A stretch of 34,640 bases of DNA from Basidiobolus meristosporus CBS 931.73 (GCA_002104905.1 MCFE01000801.1:1-34640), one strand, 5' to 3'. Counted from the first letter of the stretch, positions 21,396-33,873 are shown. Made by a program: numbers and translations. Notes: generated from the sequence alone by a model not told the origin.

Positions 21396-21809
21396 TGGTC
21401 CACTGGTACTATCTGGCACTATAAGTGCTTTATATAGGTTTTACTTTAGGGCTAATATTTAAATACAGTACCAGATAGTACAATGGGACCAACATAGTGC
21501 CATGCATTTTTGTGACATGTTACAGGCCACAGGAGCTAGATTCAGAGTGCCATGGGCATTGAATACCAGGCACATGTCTTCAATCCTTTTGTGCTCTTAC
21601 ACATCATGCATAACATTGATCTCAAAAAAAAGGTCAAAAAATGGATTTTCGCCAGTACAATGGGTAAAACGCAGGGGCTGCTTTGCATGAAGATGCAGAG
21701 CTATGTTTCACACTCTGTGGCCAATTATAGACTCACTTGGCCTCACTGGCACACTATGGTATCATTTGGCACTCATGGCTCATTGTGGCATTATCCAATG
21801 GAACAAGTC
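21396..21809. mobile_element. Second, truncated copy of the foldback element (one full arm, loop, ~27 bp of the other arm)
   Basis: Corresponds to the reverse complement of 8478-~8890 with the loop inverted; the arm again ends ...AACAAGTC followed by TA (21810-21811). Confidence 0.8.
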
Positions 21810-23139
21810 TACAGTCTCTCACACTCTTGCTGCAACTGGTTTTTCTTTTGGCTTTATTATTGGGACTGTTGTTATGCTACAAAGATGGTGAGGTGTTTCT
21901 CTGCTGTTATATTGCAAATTGGCTCAATTCATTTGCATACCTTTAAGCTACTGGAACATTACTATGAAGCAAAATTAACAAGTTCTCTATCTTTAAACTG
22001 ATTGCACTAGACAATTATCTGCACATTCTGTCTCTGGCTTATTTCCTGATTTCTGTGGGCCATTGCATCTATCCTATTAGCTGCTGCACCTAAATGCCTC
22101 ATCAATGCTTTGATATGAGCTGGCTCTATGCATGCTAGTACTAGTAGTCATGATGTTTTGAAAGTCATTTGCCAGTCTTCTATCAGAGACACTGCATTGG
22201 TAATATTCCCATCTGCCTGAGTGGTATGAGCAGCTTACAGATCTGCAGAGATTTTCATTAGCCTACCTGATTGGGGACCTGTGCAGTCAACTTTATTATC
22301 CTCAGCGGGTGCACTGTCAACATGACCAATTGTGAATGTAGCCCCATGTGTTGCATTGAATGTCAAAGTAAGCTTTTGTCCAACACTTCTGCTACTGCTG
22401 TCTATGGTGAGGGTTGGTTGCAAACCAGAAAACTTTGGTTTGATTCTGATGGCATGCTTATGTCAGAGGAGAAATATTGTTACATATACATGCATATGTG
22501 GTGCCATTACTTTATTCATAATGCATACTATGACAGGTCATCACTGAATCTTACATTCATGTAGGTGTAGTGTATCAAACACAAGACTTCTAAAATTCAC
22601 ATGAATATTGACAAAAGAGTGATATAATAGTGTTACATTATTGGGTTTCAAGCTGTTTGCCCCATGGCCACAACTACATTGACTCAACACCATAAGAGAA
22701 GAGAAAAAGACCATTTTGCTAATATAATAAGCCTCTCAGCCATGTAGTACACAGACTACATAGGATGTATCAACAGGGTCATGGCATTGTTTGCAACATA
22801 AGTCATATCTGAGCATTTATCAGGCCCTACTGTAGCAATATCATCTTGCTGGCCACTTGATACTTCTATAAAAGCACCCAGCCACACTTGTCACCATGTG
22901 CAAATTGAGATATGTGAGTTTGTGATGCTTATTGGCTCACCTCAGCCTTCAGGATATGACCAGCAGAGTTATAGCTCTGGAGAAAGCTCACTGTTGCATT
23001 ATGAGCCTACCTCTCCTCAGTATAGTACATTTTGCTCATCTCAGCTTTCTAAATATGGCCCATACAGTGATAGCTGTGTGGAAGAAGGCCCATTGATGGA
23101 CTGTGAGCCTATCTCCGGTAATCCATCTACTGGTGAATG

Positions 23140-24830
23140 ATGAGATGCTGTGGCTAGAGAAGTGGTGTATATCTACCAATATCCATGATGGGGCTCTGGG
23201 GATTTACTGCCACTTCATAGCAAAATTGTTCCAGGATACAACTAGCCATGTACATGATACAAACAAACATCTGTCATGTAACTGGCAACATATGATCCAG
23301 ACACTGTCCTGATACCAGCATGTTTCAACAGTTGCATGGCATTCACATCAAAAAATGCTACCATTGCAAGGTGTCAAACTTGCCAGGAATCCACCATTGC
23401 AGGAGGAAAACATAGTTCACACTCTGGATATATTTCAGTGATACCTTGTCTGAAGAAGCTCATGCAACCCAACAAATATTGCATAGCTACAAAGTACTGC
23501 ACTCAGTATCAATCAGTTACAAACATTTCTAATATATATGATGGCAAACATTACAAACAACTAAGAAGCAATGGCTACTTTGATGGTATATATGACTATG
23601 CATTTGCCTTGTTACTTGAAGGATTCTTATTGACCAGTATTCTTCCAGCAAATCCTGCAGGCTGCTGATTCTCATCAACCTGAATCTGCTGCCAAACCCA
23701 TGGTATCAGAGCAGAAATGTGATAGTAATCCCACTGATATCTGAGCCTATATCACCATACAACATGGAGAGCTACCTGCATTGATTGCTGGAAAGTTTTT
23801 GCATGCTATCCTGCATCATATTGGTAAATGACCATCATGTCACTCACATATTTTTATCTATATTGGAGATACCCCAGCCTTCAACAGGAAAGCCAGCTTC
23901 TCTGGGCACAATGGATGTTTTTACTGTAAAATATAGGAGCTCCTGAGGCCTTACTCCATAACTCACACACATTATTATTGTTCAAATGCCAACACTGACA
24001 GTATTATCCTCCCACAGAGAGAATGTACAGAAGTCAACATCCAACTGCAGTAAAGCTAGCAAGCAACAGGTCATTGCCCAAAAAATAGAATTAATCAAAA
24101 ACCAGAGATACTTGAGTCAGAGTGGATGTGTTGGAGCAAAAGCTTTCTGCTGGGAGAAATGCATTCACTCTTCAACAATATACCTATACCTATGACCAAG
24201 TTGTACATATGGCATTTCAAGCAGAATGGACCCTCTGGAATATTAGATAAATATGTAAGCACTTGCAAGACATTACAGAGCATCTGCTGCCAAAAATACT
24301 TCTCACAAGTATTAATCAATACTTATATGCACATGCAAGATTTCAAATGCAAGGATTGGATGAACTGGATATGTATTTATCCAAATGACCTTCTGAAGCA
24401 GTTTCTACCAACAGTGCATAGGCAGTAATGAGAGTCTTATCAAGAATTATTGGGTACAGTCAGTGAATTGAATATGGATCAGCCATCAGGATCCTATGAT
24501 AGGACCTTTAAAATACCTACTGCATATGCACAAATCTTGATGCATAGATTTCTGTCAATACTGTATCCATCTTACTTGGTATGTAGCAAATATTGGACCT
24601 TGTTTCACCTATTGGTGGTTTCCTATGGAGCAGATGAGTGGGGAGATGGGAAGACAAGTCAAGTTATAAGTACTATTATATCCCAATCTCATCACAAGTA
24701 CCTCTTTCAGTCTGTCATGAATATAATGAGTTGGCATGTGGAGGACTGCCAGGAAGAGTAGCAAAATACTGAGCACAGATGTGCATGTAGAGACACCTTT
24801 ACCTTTGGCATAAAAAGCTAAGCAGCTCCA
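23140..24830 (+). pseudogene. CACTA/EnSpm (Tnp2-family) transposase remnant
   Basis: Motifs across frames: ACFNSCMAFT..RCQTCQE, NIYDGKHYKQL, YAFALLLEGF, LILINLNL, IGDTPAF, MHSLFNNI, FLPTVH, GPCFTYWWFPMEQMSG, in the order expected for CACTA DDE transposases. Confidence 0.82.
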
Positions 24831-25959
24831 ATGTAATGGTAATCAATTAAGTAATGCAAGGTAGGGTTAGATGCAGCAAGCAACTAATGTCTGTTAGGAC
24901 AGCATTGCCAAAGTATGCCAGGCTTCTCCTGGACACAAGCCAATATCTACACCTTTTAGTACAGAACTCACACAAACAAAAACCACAGTGCTCCTAAAGG
25001 GGGGACTAGAATCCAGCAGGAGAAGAAACAGATTGGCTAAGCTCCAAAAAGTATTTTGCAGATATTCAAAAGGTTTTCATGGCAGAAGTGGTGGTAACCT
25101 ACCACTTGTTTGCAAGATGTATATGTTGCCAGCAATACAAGGTATATGGTAAATTTGCAAGTATACACTGAAAAGCTGTAAAGTTGAGGTGATAGAAATG
25201 TATTGATTGTAGCAGGTGTGCATGAATGTAGAGGTTAGTAAGCAGAATGCTGTTGTTGTTTTTTTTTGATTCATACAATATGCGAAATATCCATGGTAGT
25301 AGTAGGTAAGCAAATAAAGATGGGTGATGCTACACTTGAATATGTGAGCGGTGCAAGGGGAGGTAGAAAAGTGAAATACCATTTGATAAATTGGTAAAGT
25401 AGCATTATGCAGGACCAGCTGTAGAATGCCACACAGATGCAATAATGCCAATGAAGGTCTGCATTAAGGCCATCAAAACACTGTTAAGTTTTTCTCCATA
25501 TAAGCTAATTGCATCCATTGACTGGTTGGGTCCACCCAAATAAATGTAGACCAAATTAAGATCATCAAAATGCCATGCAAGTCCTGCCACAATACCATTG
25601 ATACTGTCAGGTTTATTACTTTATTTGGCAGTAAAAACTGCAAAACACTGTCAAAATCCCATCATAACAATTGTGAAAGGGTCAATAGTTTCAATCCACT
25701 TGCAATATGACAGCCTCATTGCAAGATCCTGATGGCTGATCCAGATGGAATCCACCAGTGGGTGGCTAGTCATTCTTTAAAGGGTAATTGGCCAATATAT
25801 CTCTTCTCCCTGCTGGATTCAATTCTGCCTTGGACATGCTCTCTAATTCTTGTTTGTGTTGGCTGCTAACATATCATACTATATATATGTCTAGATATCT
25901 CACATTCAATGGGAGTTGTCAGCCAGCATAACTATGACTGTGGATCTGCTCATATTATA

Positions 25960-26360
25960 GCAGTTACATAGAGTTTTTGATACTTAAAAGGAACTGCTGA
26001 TATCTTCTTAAAGAACACTTATAAGGATTCAGAGCAGAATCCCTTTGTATGCTCTGATATTTGGAAGTTGGAAGATCCTTTACAGGATACACATTTCTTC
26101 ATTGCAAATGAGCAGTTTCATGAAATTTAAGAAAGCAACTGACCATAGCACTTTACACCACAGAGGTAGAGTACATGGCAGCCTGTGAGACTACAAAAGA
26201 AGCAATGGGGCCAAGAAAGCTCTTTGAAGTTAATGCTCATGCCTAAACCCTCCCCCCTACATTATCTTATGATAATTATTGATGTACACAAGATAAAAAT
26301 CCAAGTTTCCATACTAGGGCAAAGCACTCAGATATTGGACCACCTTTTTAGATGCTAAGT
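25960..26360 (+). mobile_element. Second copia fragment (end of RT, RNase H)
   Basis: YLKGT, KKQLTIALYTTEVEYMAACETTKEAM and FHTRAKHSDI motifs, heavily decayed. Confidence 0.75.
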
Positions 26361-27423
26361 AAAGTTCTCTCCAATGGTCTATGTATAGTGTCTAGCTAGC
26401 ATCTTTGCTGCTTAGTTGCAGGTTCTCAATTCTGTGTCAGTTATAACTTTGGGTTTCATTCTAGGTCCTTAAGATTCATCCAATGTGTCTGAAACATATA
26501 GTGGGTGTATGCCATTCAGCTATAACATATCTTGGGCTGAAACTCAGAATACTCAAGTTGTTGCTTAGCACATTTAAGAGAAGTGACTGGACATACTTGA
26601 AGTTGTGGCCTCTAGACACATAAGCATCCAGAAGTGGTAATGGAGAAATGGAAGCAAATTGAATCCAGGAGCAGGAAGTATCTTATTTCACTCACCTTCT
26701 GTTTTAATGACAATGCAATACTGGTACTTTGGAGTAAATCTTGTGAGCTCCATTGTCTACAGATTGCAAGAAGCTGTATGCAAGGTATGGGTCTATTGGA
26801 AATGCTCCCAAAATGTGGGAACTGATGGGACTCCTGTTATTAGTAGGATATCCCAGGAATATAAGCCTAGATTTCTAACCAGGTGTTGACTTAGGAAGAT
26901 ATAGATTGTTGCTTGCTAGATAAACTAGTTGCAACTGTTTTACTGTGGTAAAGAAGCACCCTTAAAGCAATGTTTAGAGATATATGGGTCAGTCATATGG
27001 TTCAGAAAGCCTTGAAGCCATCACTAGTGTACTGATTCAATAGGCTGATCATGTAAACTAAGTCTGAGGTTGGCTATTCATTTTCTAGTAGTGCATCACA
27101 TCAAAAAGTAGAGTATACTGATAATACAAATGTTGGATTACTATATATATATGATACCTGACAGGTGCTTATATTCACTCACTAACAATTTCTTTGTAAA
27201 TAAGGGGTTGGAGGGATCGTTGGTGAGATCGTTGGTGGGCGGATAACTTCTTGATAGCTTGTCACTTGTAATGACCGCATTGGATCTGTGAAATATATGG
27301 GCCGAGGTTATCGGGAACAAAGAAGGTGAGGTGTACACGGGCACCTCCAACATTCACATGTTCCAGTGGGCATTTCATGGCTACGCTGGCTATTCAGCGA
27401 CATGCGATATCCTGACGTTATAG

Positions 27424-27726
27424 GTTGCATACGGAAGAGCCCCCATTTCCCAATCGGGTGGAAATTACCGGCACCGAGCCGGGGAAGGGACCGCACCCAG
27501 AGAGTATATAGAGCGCCTTGGACGGGCACTAACCCGGATGATCATGTGGGAATTCGTCAAGTTTATTAAGCATTCTTTTACCAGCAATTCATGGGACAAA
27601 TACAACTTGGGCCTTCCTGGCCACACCAATCGGTGGAGATGGATGCACCCCCCTCCCTATCGACCAGTGCGCGCGGTATCCAAAAAATCTGATGGGAATC
27701 CGAACGGCCAGCAACTAAGGAAGTGA
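27424..27726 (+). CDS. Possible terminal exon of an unidentified small gene
   Basis: 100 open codons begin right after CTGAC..TAG (branch/acceptor-like) in CpG-rich DNA. No recognisable domain and no resolved upstream exon. Confidence 0.25.
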   Translation, partial: VAYGRAPISQSGGNYRHRAGEGTAPREYIERLGRALTRMIMWEFVKFIKHSFTSNSWDKYNLGLPGHTNRWRWMHPPPYRPVRAVSKKSDGNPNGQQLRK

Positions 27727-27867
27727 CAATCAAGGAAGCGATTCAACTGAGCAAGGTCCCTAACGAAATGGATCCTCTCCTATCTGCATGAGGGGTCGTT
27801 TCTCCGGGCCGCTTTCGTGCAGGCGGCCGAAACTCTTCGTACTCGCAACACCCCCCAGCATTCTGCC

Positions 27868-30382
27868 TCAGGTGGCGGTGGTGGTCGAGGCGGAGCCCAA
27901 GTGTTGACTTGAGTGCACGTCTTTCTTCACCGGGATGTCCATCTCCTTCCCGAAATCGAACACCTCGAACCAGGTGGCGTTCCTCCGCTGCACCGCCGCC
28001 ACACAACGTCGGTCATCAAATTGGACTTGCCACACGTGCTGCAACCCCACCAGTAGGTCCCGAATGAACTTCCCCGTGCGAACGTCCCACATCTTGAGGG
28101 TGGTTTCGGAGCCGGAGATCACCTTCTGGTCATCATGCTGGAAGCATGTGATGGCTCCGGTATGGGTGGAGAGGACGTTACGACACGTGCCCGAATCGGG
28201 ATCCCAGACGCGCAAGGTTGCGTCGGCCGCAGCGGATACCAGATGGTTAGGAGTCAGACTAAGCAAACCGACCAGCGATGAATGACCTTCAAGAGGAGCA
28301 GATTAGCATTCAGAACAACAAGGGGCTCGCGCAGATTCACTCACCTTCCAGCGCGTAGATGCATGTCCCATGCTTAAGACTCCAAATCCGGACGGAGCAA
28401 TCCATGCTGCCAGAGATGCATCGGTTCCTGTCCTTATCGATCACCACGCTATACACCTTTTGCGTATGCCCCTCCAGCCTCCATTTGCATTCACCCGTCA
28501 TGACATTCCACACGCGAACCGTACAATCGTAGCTACCACTCACCACTGTGTTTCCATACGCCGCAATGGCTCGAACTGAATGCGCGTGTCCCATTAACGA
28601 ACGCAGGTAATATGGGTTCGGAACGGTCTGTACCTCATTGGATTCGCTGCTCTCCGGGGGATACCTCGGGTCGTCAGCGGCCGGAAGCTTCCATACCCGC
28701 AATGTGGAGTCGCGAGAGCCAGTCACGATGATGGGGTACGGTGGCTCCATGACAGGCTCCCCCTCAGGATCCGGGTTCACGTTGGTAGGTATGAGGATTT
28801 GCAGGCATCGTACGGTTGACGAATGGCCGCGAAATGTGTGCGTATTGACCCCTTGTTGGATATCCCAGATTCGGACGGTACGATCGGTGGAGCCGGTCAC
28901 CAGAGTGTTGCCGTAGTACTGCAACGCCCACACCCCACCGTTATGTGCCTGAAGCTTCTTCCTCAGACTACCGGTCTTCGTATCATAGATGTGGATGTCG
29001 AAATCTTCCGTGCCAGACACGATCTTGTCCGAATCGAACTGCAGGCAGGTAACAACGCATTCGCTGTGTCCCTCAAACGAGATACTGGAGCATCGACCAC
29101 GCATCCAATTCCGCCGAATTATATGATGTCGTCGGTACAGGTACTTGTATGAATGCTTTGCGACCGCCTCAAGGCTATCGCGGGGATCTAGCGGGGCATT
29201 GAGCCCAGGAATAGGCACCTGAAGGTCGATCTTGGCCGTCGAACCACCAGGCTCGCTACTCCCGTAGTTAAGCCGCGTGCGTTGCTCGTCTGACTGATCT
29301 GCATGTGTCGGTTTCTGCTCGAATGCGTTTAGAACCATCCGATCTTCTTCAATCAATTGGAATCCAGCCAGGTCAAACAAATTCTTCCAGACCTTTGCAT
29401 CAGAGTCCACCACTTTCCTCCAACGCTTACTAACCCTGGCCGAGCGGCAGGCACTTTGGGCATCCAGATAGCCCACCACCTTCAATCCCAATTCGTACGG
29501 GAGTTTCCCCAAGAAATCCACTTTCAGACTGGGCAGTATGGTGGATGCGACGAACTGGAGGGTTCCGGTGTTGGACCTTTTCAGCATCTGGAAAAGCATG
29601 GCTTGCTGAAGCTCCGCCGGCAATGAATCGAATCGGTTCAACAATTCAGATAGATTGGGAAACGCCGGGGCTCCAATGCTTTTCTGCTCCTCAGTATCTG
29701 ACTCTTCTTCCTCTGTTTTGAGATCTGCTCCCTCCATATCCATTGTGTTTTCTACATGCACCGGGAACGATGGTGAGCGACAAGGCGAGGGTAAGGAAGC
29801 AGACTCTTCCAATACCATCGAGCTATTTTCCGCTGCTCTCTCGTTATCTTGAGGGGGGGAGTTGGAAGGAAGTGAAGAGGTTGCATCCGTACTGGAGATC
29901 TGCATGAAACGAGATCGTTTGTATTGTGTTGGAGAAAAGCTTTCAAGTATCACGAGGGGGCTTTCCGTATCGTTAGCGTATCGTTTGAGCTTCGTCTGAG
30001 ACAGAGAAAAGTTCGATGCTACCTAGAAACATGCCATACATTGGTTGACTGTTGGTACGTTTAGAAGAGGTGTTAGAATATGTACCTTTATGGGCTTGGA
30101 TTCTGAGGAAAAGCTTTCGCCTACATCTTCCAAACAGCTGATTTTCAAAGCAGTTGGTGTGGGGTAGTTCTTCAGCGGATACTCTACCGAAGTGAACGGC
30201 AGATCTACCGGGGTTGGGAAGTGCTTTGTTTTTCTTGGTTTTGTTTCAGTTGTAGTTGTAGTGCTAGTGGTAATGATAGGCTGTAACGTGGAGGAAATCA
30301 GGGAGGGCTGTGAATGCAAGTCCACCTGTGAGAGAGAATCGGATGTTTCTTGTGGCTCCGGGGGGAGGCCGGAATCCTGCAT
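27868..30382 (-). CDS. CDC4: SCF F-box/WD40 substrate receptor Cdc4/Fbw7; exons 30382-30086, 30022-28345, 28286-27868 (797 aa predicted)
   Basis: F-box DFLGKLPYELGLKVVGYLD..RVSKRWR. Cdc4-typical WD repeats GVWALQY, GHSSTVRCL, IVTGSRDSTLRVWKLP, RNRCISGSMD, GAITCFQHD, RRCVAAVQR. Introns 30085-30023 (GTACAT..CTAG) and 28344-28287 (GTGAGT..CTAAT..AAG) keep the frame and give LEGHSSLVGLL. Confidence 0.93.
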
Positions 30383-31044
30383 GTTCTGAGATGGATATTA
30401 AGGACAAGGTAATGGTTGACAGTAACACAATAGACTACTAAGATTTTCTTGATTATTGCTGAAGGAAAGGGGTCCGTCCAAAGTGCCGCTTTTGGACCAA
30501 ATCAGTCAGTGGATTATCATTGCAAGGACCACTAAAAAACGAACCACCCGCCGGGTCACATGATTGTCCGTCATCGGATATTAATCAAAACACTAACACA
30601 CATAGATAACCTTGCCTCGCCGCTTTACCGCCTACGCTCCCACTCTACATAATGTGCCATGATCCATCAAGAGATCTTGTCCTGCAATAAGTGATGCATT
30701 GAATAATAAGTCCAATATTTCCCAATTTCTCCCGAATCAGCCGAATCAACCGATTTCGTTTCACCCAGGTTTGGGCTCGAAATGGCTGATATGGATCTAT
30801 TTCTGGAGAATATAAATGAATTGTTGATTAAACTCACTTTCCAATTCACTCAATATAAATTAGTGGCCTGCCTAACCGTGGATAGCTTTATTCATCGCTG
30901 TTGGGAAGCCCACTGCCCTTGGCTTAACTATTTCTTCCTCACAAGCGTATATTTACGTGGTATTGATCCCCTCCCTGTTACAAACATTACACCCTGTTAT
31001 TTCGTATATCTCCTGTATAGTTTTATTCTCCTAATTACACCCAG

Positions 31045-32823
31045 ATGACTCATAAAGGTAATAATAATAATACTGAGATTGGTCCCGATCTAGATGAAGG
31101 CTACGACGAACAAAAAGTTGAGATTCCAGAATGGATGGACCACTGGGGAGACGAACAAAAAGCAGGTTAGCATGGTTCTCATCGAAAGTCCGCCTCCCGT
31201 ACAGGCCTTAAAACTCACCAGCTTCTTTACACAGAGTTTGCTTACCAGCTACTTCTATCAGTCAACCCACAAACCGTCGAGGGAGTCATCTCTCGCCTGA
31301 AACCCCTACTGTACAAAGATTTTATCACCCACTTACCGCATGAGCTGGCTCTTCATATACTTAGCTACACAAACATCCCAACCTTAGGAAGGGTATCCTC
31401 GGTGTGTAAGAAATGGCACGAAGTGATCGATGATTCCGGATTATGGAGAAAGATGTACTTTGATGAAGGCTGGCAGGTCAAAGAGCTCGAGCTAAACTCG
31501 GCGGTTCAGAGCGAGGAGAGGAACGAGACGACTGATCCTCAGCAAGAACTACTAGAGGAGTTGAACAGCGGGATTGAGGAGGAAGACACCGAATCCTTGG
31601 TTTCCCCCTCTGAATTCGAATTCTCTTCAACACGTGTCAACGCGATTACGCGTCGCATCCCAGAGCTCTCTTTGCACGACGGGCTTACACAAAACGCATC
31701 CCTATCAACCATACAAAACGAGCAACGTCTTAACTTTGTCGGTTCGGCGATGGATACCCCTTTCAACTTGAACACAAGACGTATCCGTCGCTCCACTACG
31801 CTGTCCGGCTCCAGTAGAAGCAACCAGAACAGTGCCGCGCCTGTCCCAGTTCGTGACAACCCAGTTCTCATCTATAAAGATCATGTCAAGACGGTGAACT
31901 GGAGATATCTGGCCCAACAACGAGCCAGACTGGAATACAATTGGTCGCATGCTGGCTATCAACTCCGACGGTTGCCTGGCCACGCCGAAGGCATCTATTG
32001 CATCCAATTCGACTCGAAAAAAATCATCTCTGGCAGCAGAGACCACACGATAAAAGTATGGGATATTCAGAGTGGATACTGTATTTCAACGTACCAGGGA
32101 CATACTGCATCCGTACTGTGTTTGCAATACGACGAGGAGATCATCGTGTCCGGCTCCAGCGACTCTACAATCATCGTGTGGGACATCAAAACGGGAGAGA
32201 TCCTCCGCGTATTAACTGGGCACACGGAGCCAGTTCTGAATTTGAGTTTCGACAAAAAGCACATTGTCACATGCTCGAAAGATCGCACCATTCGGATCTG
32301 GGACCGTGCCTCGGGGACCCTACTGCGCACACTAACTGGCCATAGGATAGCGGTGAATGCGGTTCAATTTAAGGACGGGATCATCGTCTCTGCCTCAGGA
32401 GACCGGACGATAATGATGTGGGATTTGGAGACTGGTGCATGTCTCAAAACGCTCGTCGGGCACACCCGCGGCATCGCTTGTGTGCAGTATGACGGGAAAG
32501 TGATCATTTCTGGATCGAAGGATAAAACAATCAAAATATGGGATGCATCTTCTGGTGAATGCATGAAGACGTTAATAGGCCATACAGAGTTGGTCAGAAC
32601 CTTGCAATTCAATGACACAGTCATTCTTTCTGGCTCCTACGACCGGACCATCAAGCTGTGGGACCGGAAGTCTGGGGAGCTGCTAGGTGACCTCCGAGAC
32701 GGACATACCTGTAGGGTTTTCAAAGCTCAGTTTGACTCAACCAAAGTTGTGTCGTGTTCGCAAGATCACCATGTGCTCATTTGGGACTTTGCACACAACG
32801 TCGATGCTACATACTTGGCGTAA
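31045..32823 (+). CDS. fwd-1: F-box/WD40 protein of the beta-TrCP/FWD-1/Pof11 class; exons 31045-31165, 31235-32823 (569 aa predicted)
   Basis: Intron 31166-31234 (GTTAGC..CAG) joins WMDHWGDEQKA-EFAYQLL to the F-box DFITHLPHELALHILSY. WD repeats GIYCIQFD, GHTASVLCLQYD, VTCSKDRTI, VSASGDRTI, GHTRGIACVQY, RVFKAQFD..LIWDF closely follow the beta-TrCP pattern. The ATG at 31045 follows CTAAT..CAG, so an extra upstream exon is possible. Confidence 0.88.
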
Positions 32824-32950
32824 ATATTCTTTTCATTTGTATAAAATATTCACTCTCACCTCTCCTTTTGAAATAAACTTTTAGATTTTATTTTGCCATT
32901 GATTCTAATCTTACTCTACGTACACCTTTCGCATAAATATATTAATCCTG

Positions 32951-33873
32951 TTACAACGTATACCCTTTGCCCTTTCCGGAGTCAGGTCCATAGTCTTCCC
33001 CTTGCTTTGGCTGCTGATACCCTGCTGGGTGTGGCTCAACATACTCATCGTGCACAGGGGGTTGGTAGTCAGGCCCAACGTCCGGCTGCCCTGAGCCTGG
33101 TTGCGAGGGTGTGTAGTCATCGCCATGCTTGCCACCCTGCTCGTACTTCTGGGAATGGCCCTTATCTCCCGAGTACTCGTCAGGATGCTTGGAGTCTGGC
33201 TTGCCAGATGGGGCGTAGTCATCGTGGGCTGCGCCATTGCCAGACCCGTTCTTGTCAGAGGAATAATCGGGCTGCTGGTAGTCCTGTGGTGTGCTAGGGC
33301 GACTTCCCTGATATGTGGCTGGCTTGGTCGCTGGTTGGTAGTCATCCTTCAGTGGCTGAGCCTCAGGGTAGTCGTCACTCTTTGGCTGATAGTCATCATC
33401 CTTTGGGTGGAGGTTTGCATAGTCATCGTTCTTGGGAAGGCCCTCTGGATAGTCATCACCTAGTTTTGCTTGTTGATACGCAGCTGGTTTGGGGTCCACA
33501 TAGTCGTTTAGTGGTTGATAGTCATCACCCTTGGGATGGCCTCCGGGTAGTCTTCATTCTTTTGAGGGACTTCTGCATAGTCGTCTTTCTTGGGAAGGGA
33601 TTCGGAGTAATCGTCATTCTTAGGGCTGGCTTCGGCATAGTCATCGTTTTTGGGTTGACCCTCGTTGTAGTCGTCTTTCTTTGGACCACCTTCTTGACCA
33701 GGAAGTTTGTTGGTGTACGGGTCGGATGGTGGCGAGTCGTATGGCTTAGGGCCTTGAAGTGGGTTGTAAGGAGGGTCTTGGTAGGAAATGCCACCTGGAT
33801 CTTTAGGGATATACATGATGCTTGCAGAGCATGATGCTACAAGGAGAAGAGATTTCAATACAATAGACTTCAT
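32951..33873 (-). CDS. Secreted Pro/Asp/Tyr/Lys-rich PKxDDY-repeat protein, split by an apparent 1-bp frameshift (307 aa if repaired)
   Basis: Signal-like MKSIVLKSLLLVASCSA. Track ORFs 33873-33508 and 33499-32951 carry the same repeats in different frames; adding one C at ~33538 gives EAHPKGDDY, matching EAHPK in the paralog. Confidence 0.8.

Larger units (their letters stand above)
20426..25762 (+). mobile_element. Degenerate CACTA/CMC-type element copy B
   Basis: Carries a nearly full-length transposase remnant; ends ...AATCCACCAGTGGG, where homology to copy A stops. Interrupted by an LTR and a foldback fragment. Confidence 0.68.

Noticed and set aside
26400-27130. Further decayed element or gene remnant
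   Set aside because: CpG-depleted with short ORFs, but no motif I can recognise; left unannotated.
30782-31048. 88-aa ORF upstream of the FWD-1-like gene as a coding exon
   Set aside because: No similarity to the family, and its 3' part looks intronic (CTAAT..CAG); more likely 5' UTR or intron.
27935-32624. Antisense and off-frame ORFs overlapping CDC4 and the FWD-1-like gene
   Set aside because: Typical shadows of GC-balanced coding sequence; no motifs.
32893-33834. Hydrophobic plus-strand ORFs opposite the DDY gene
   Set aside because: Antisense translations of the repeat gene.
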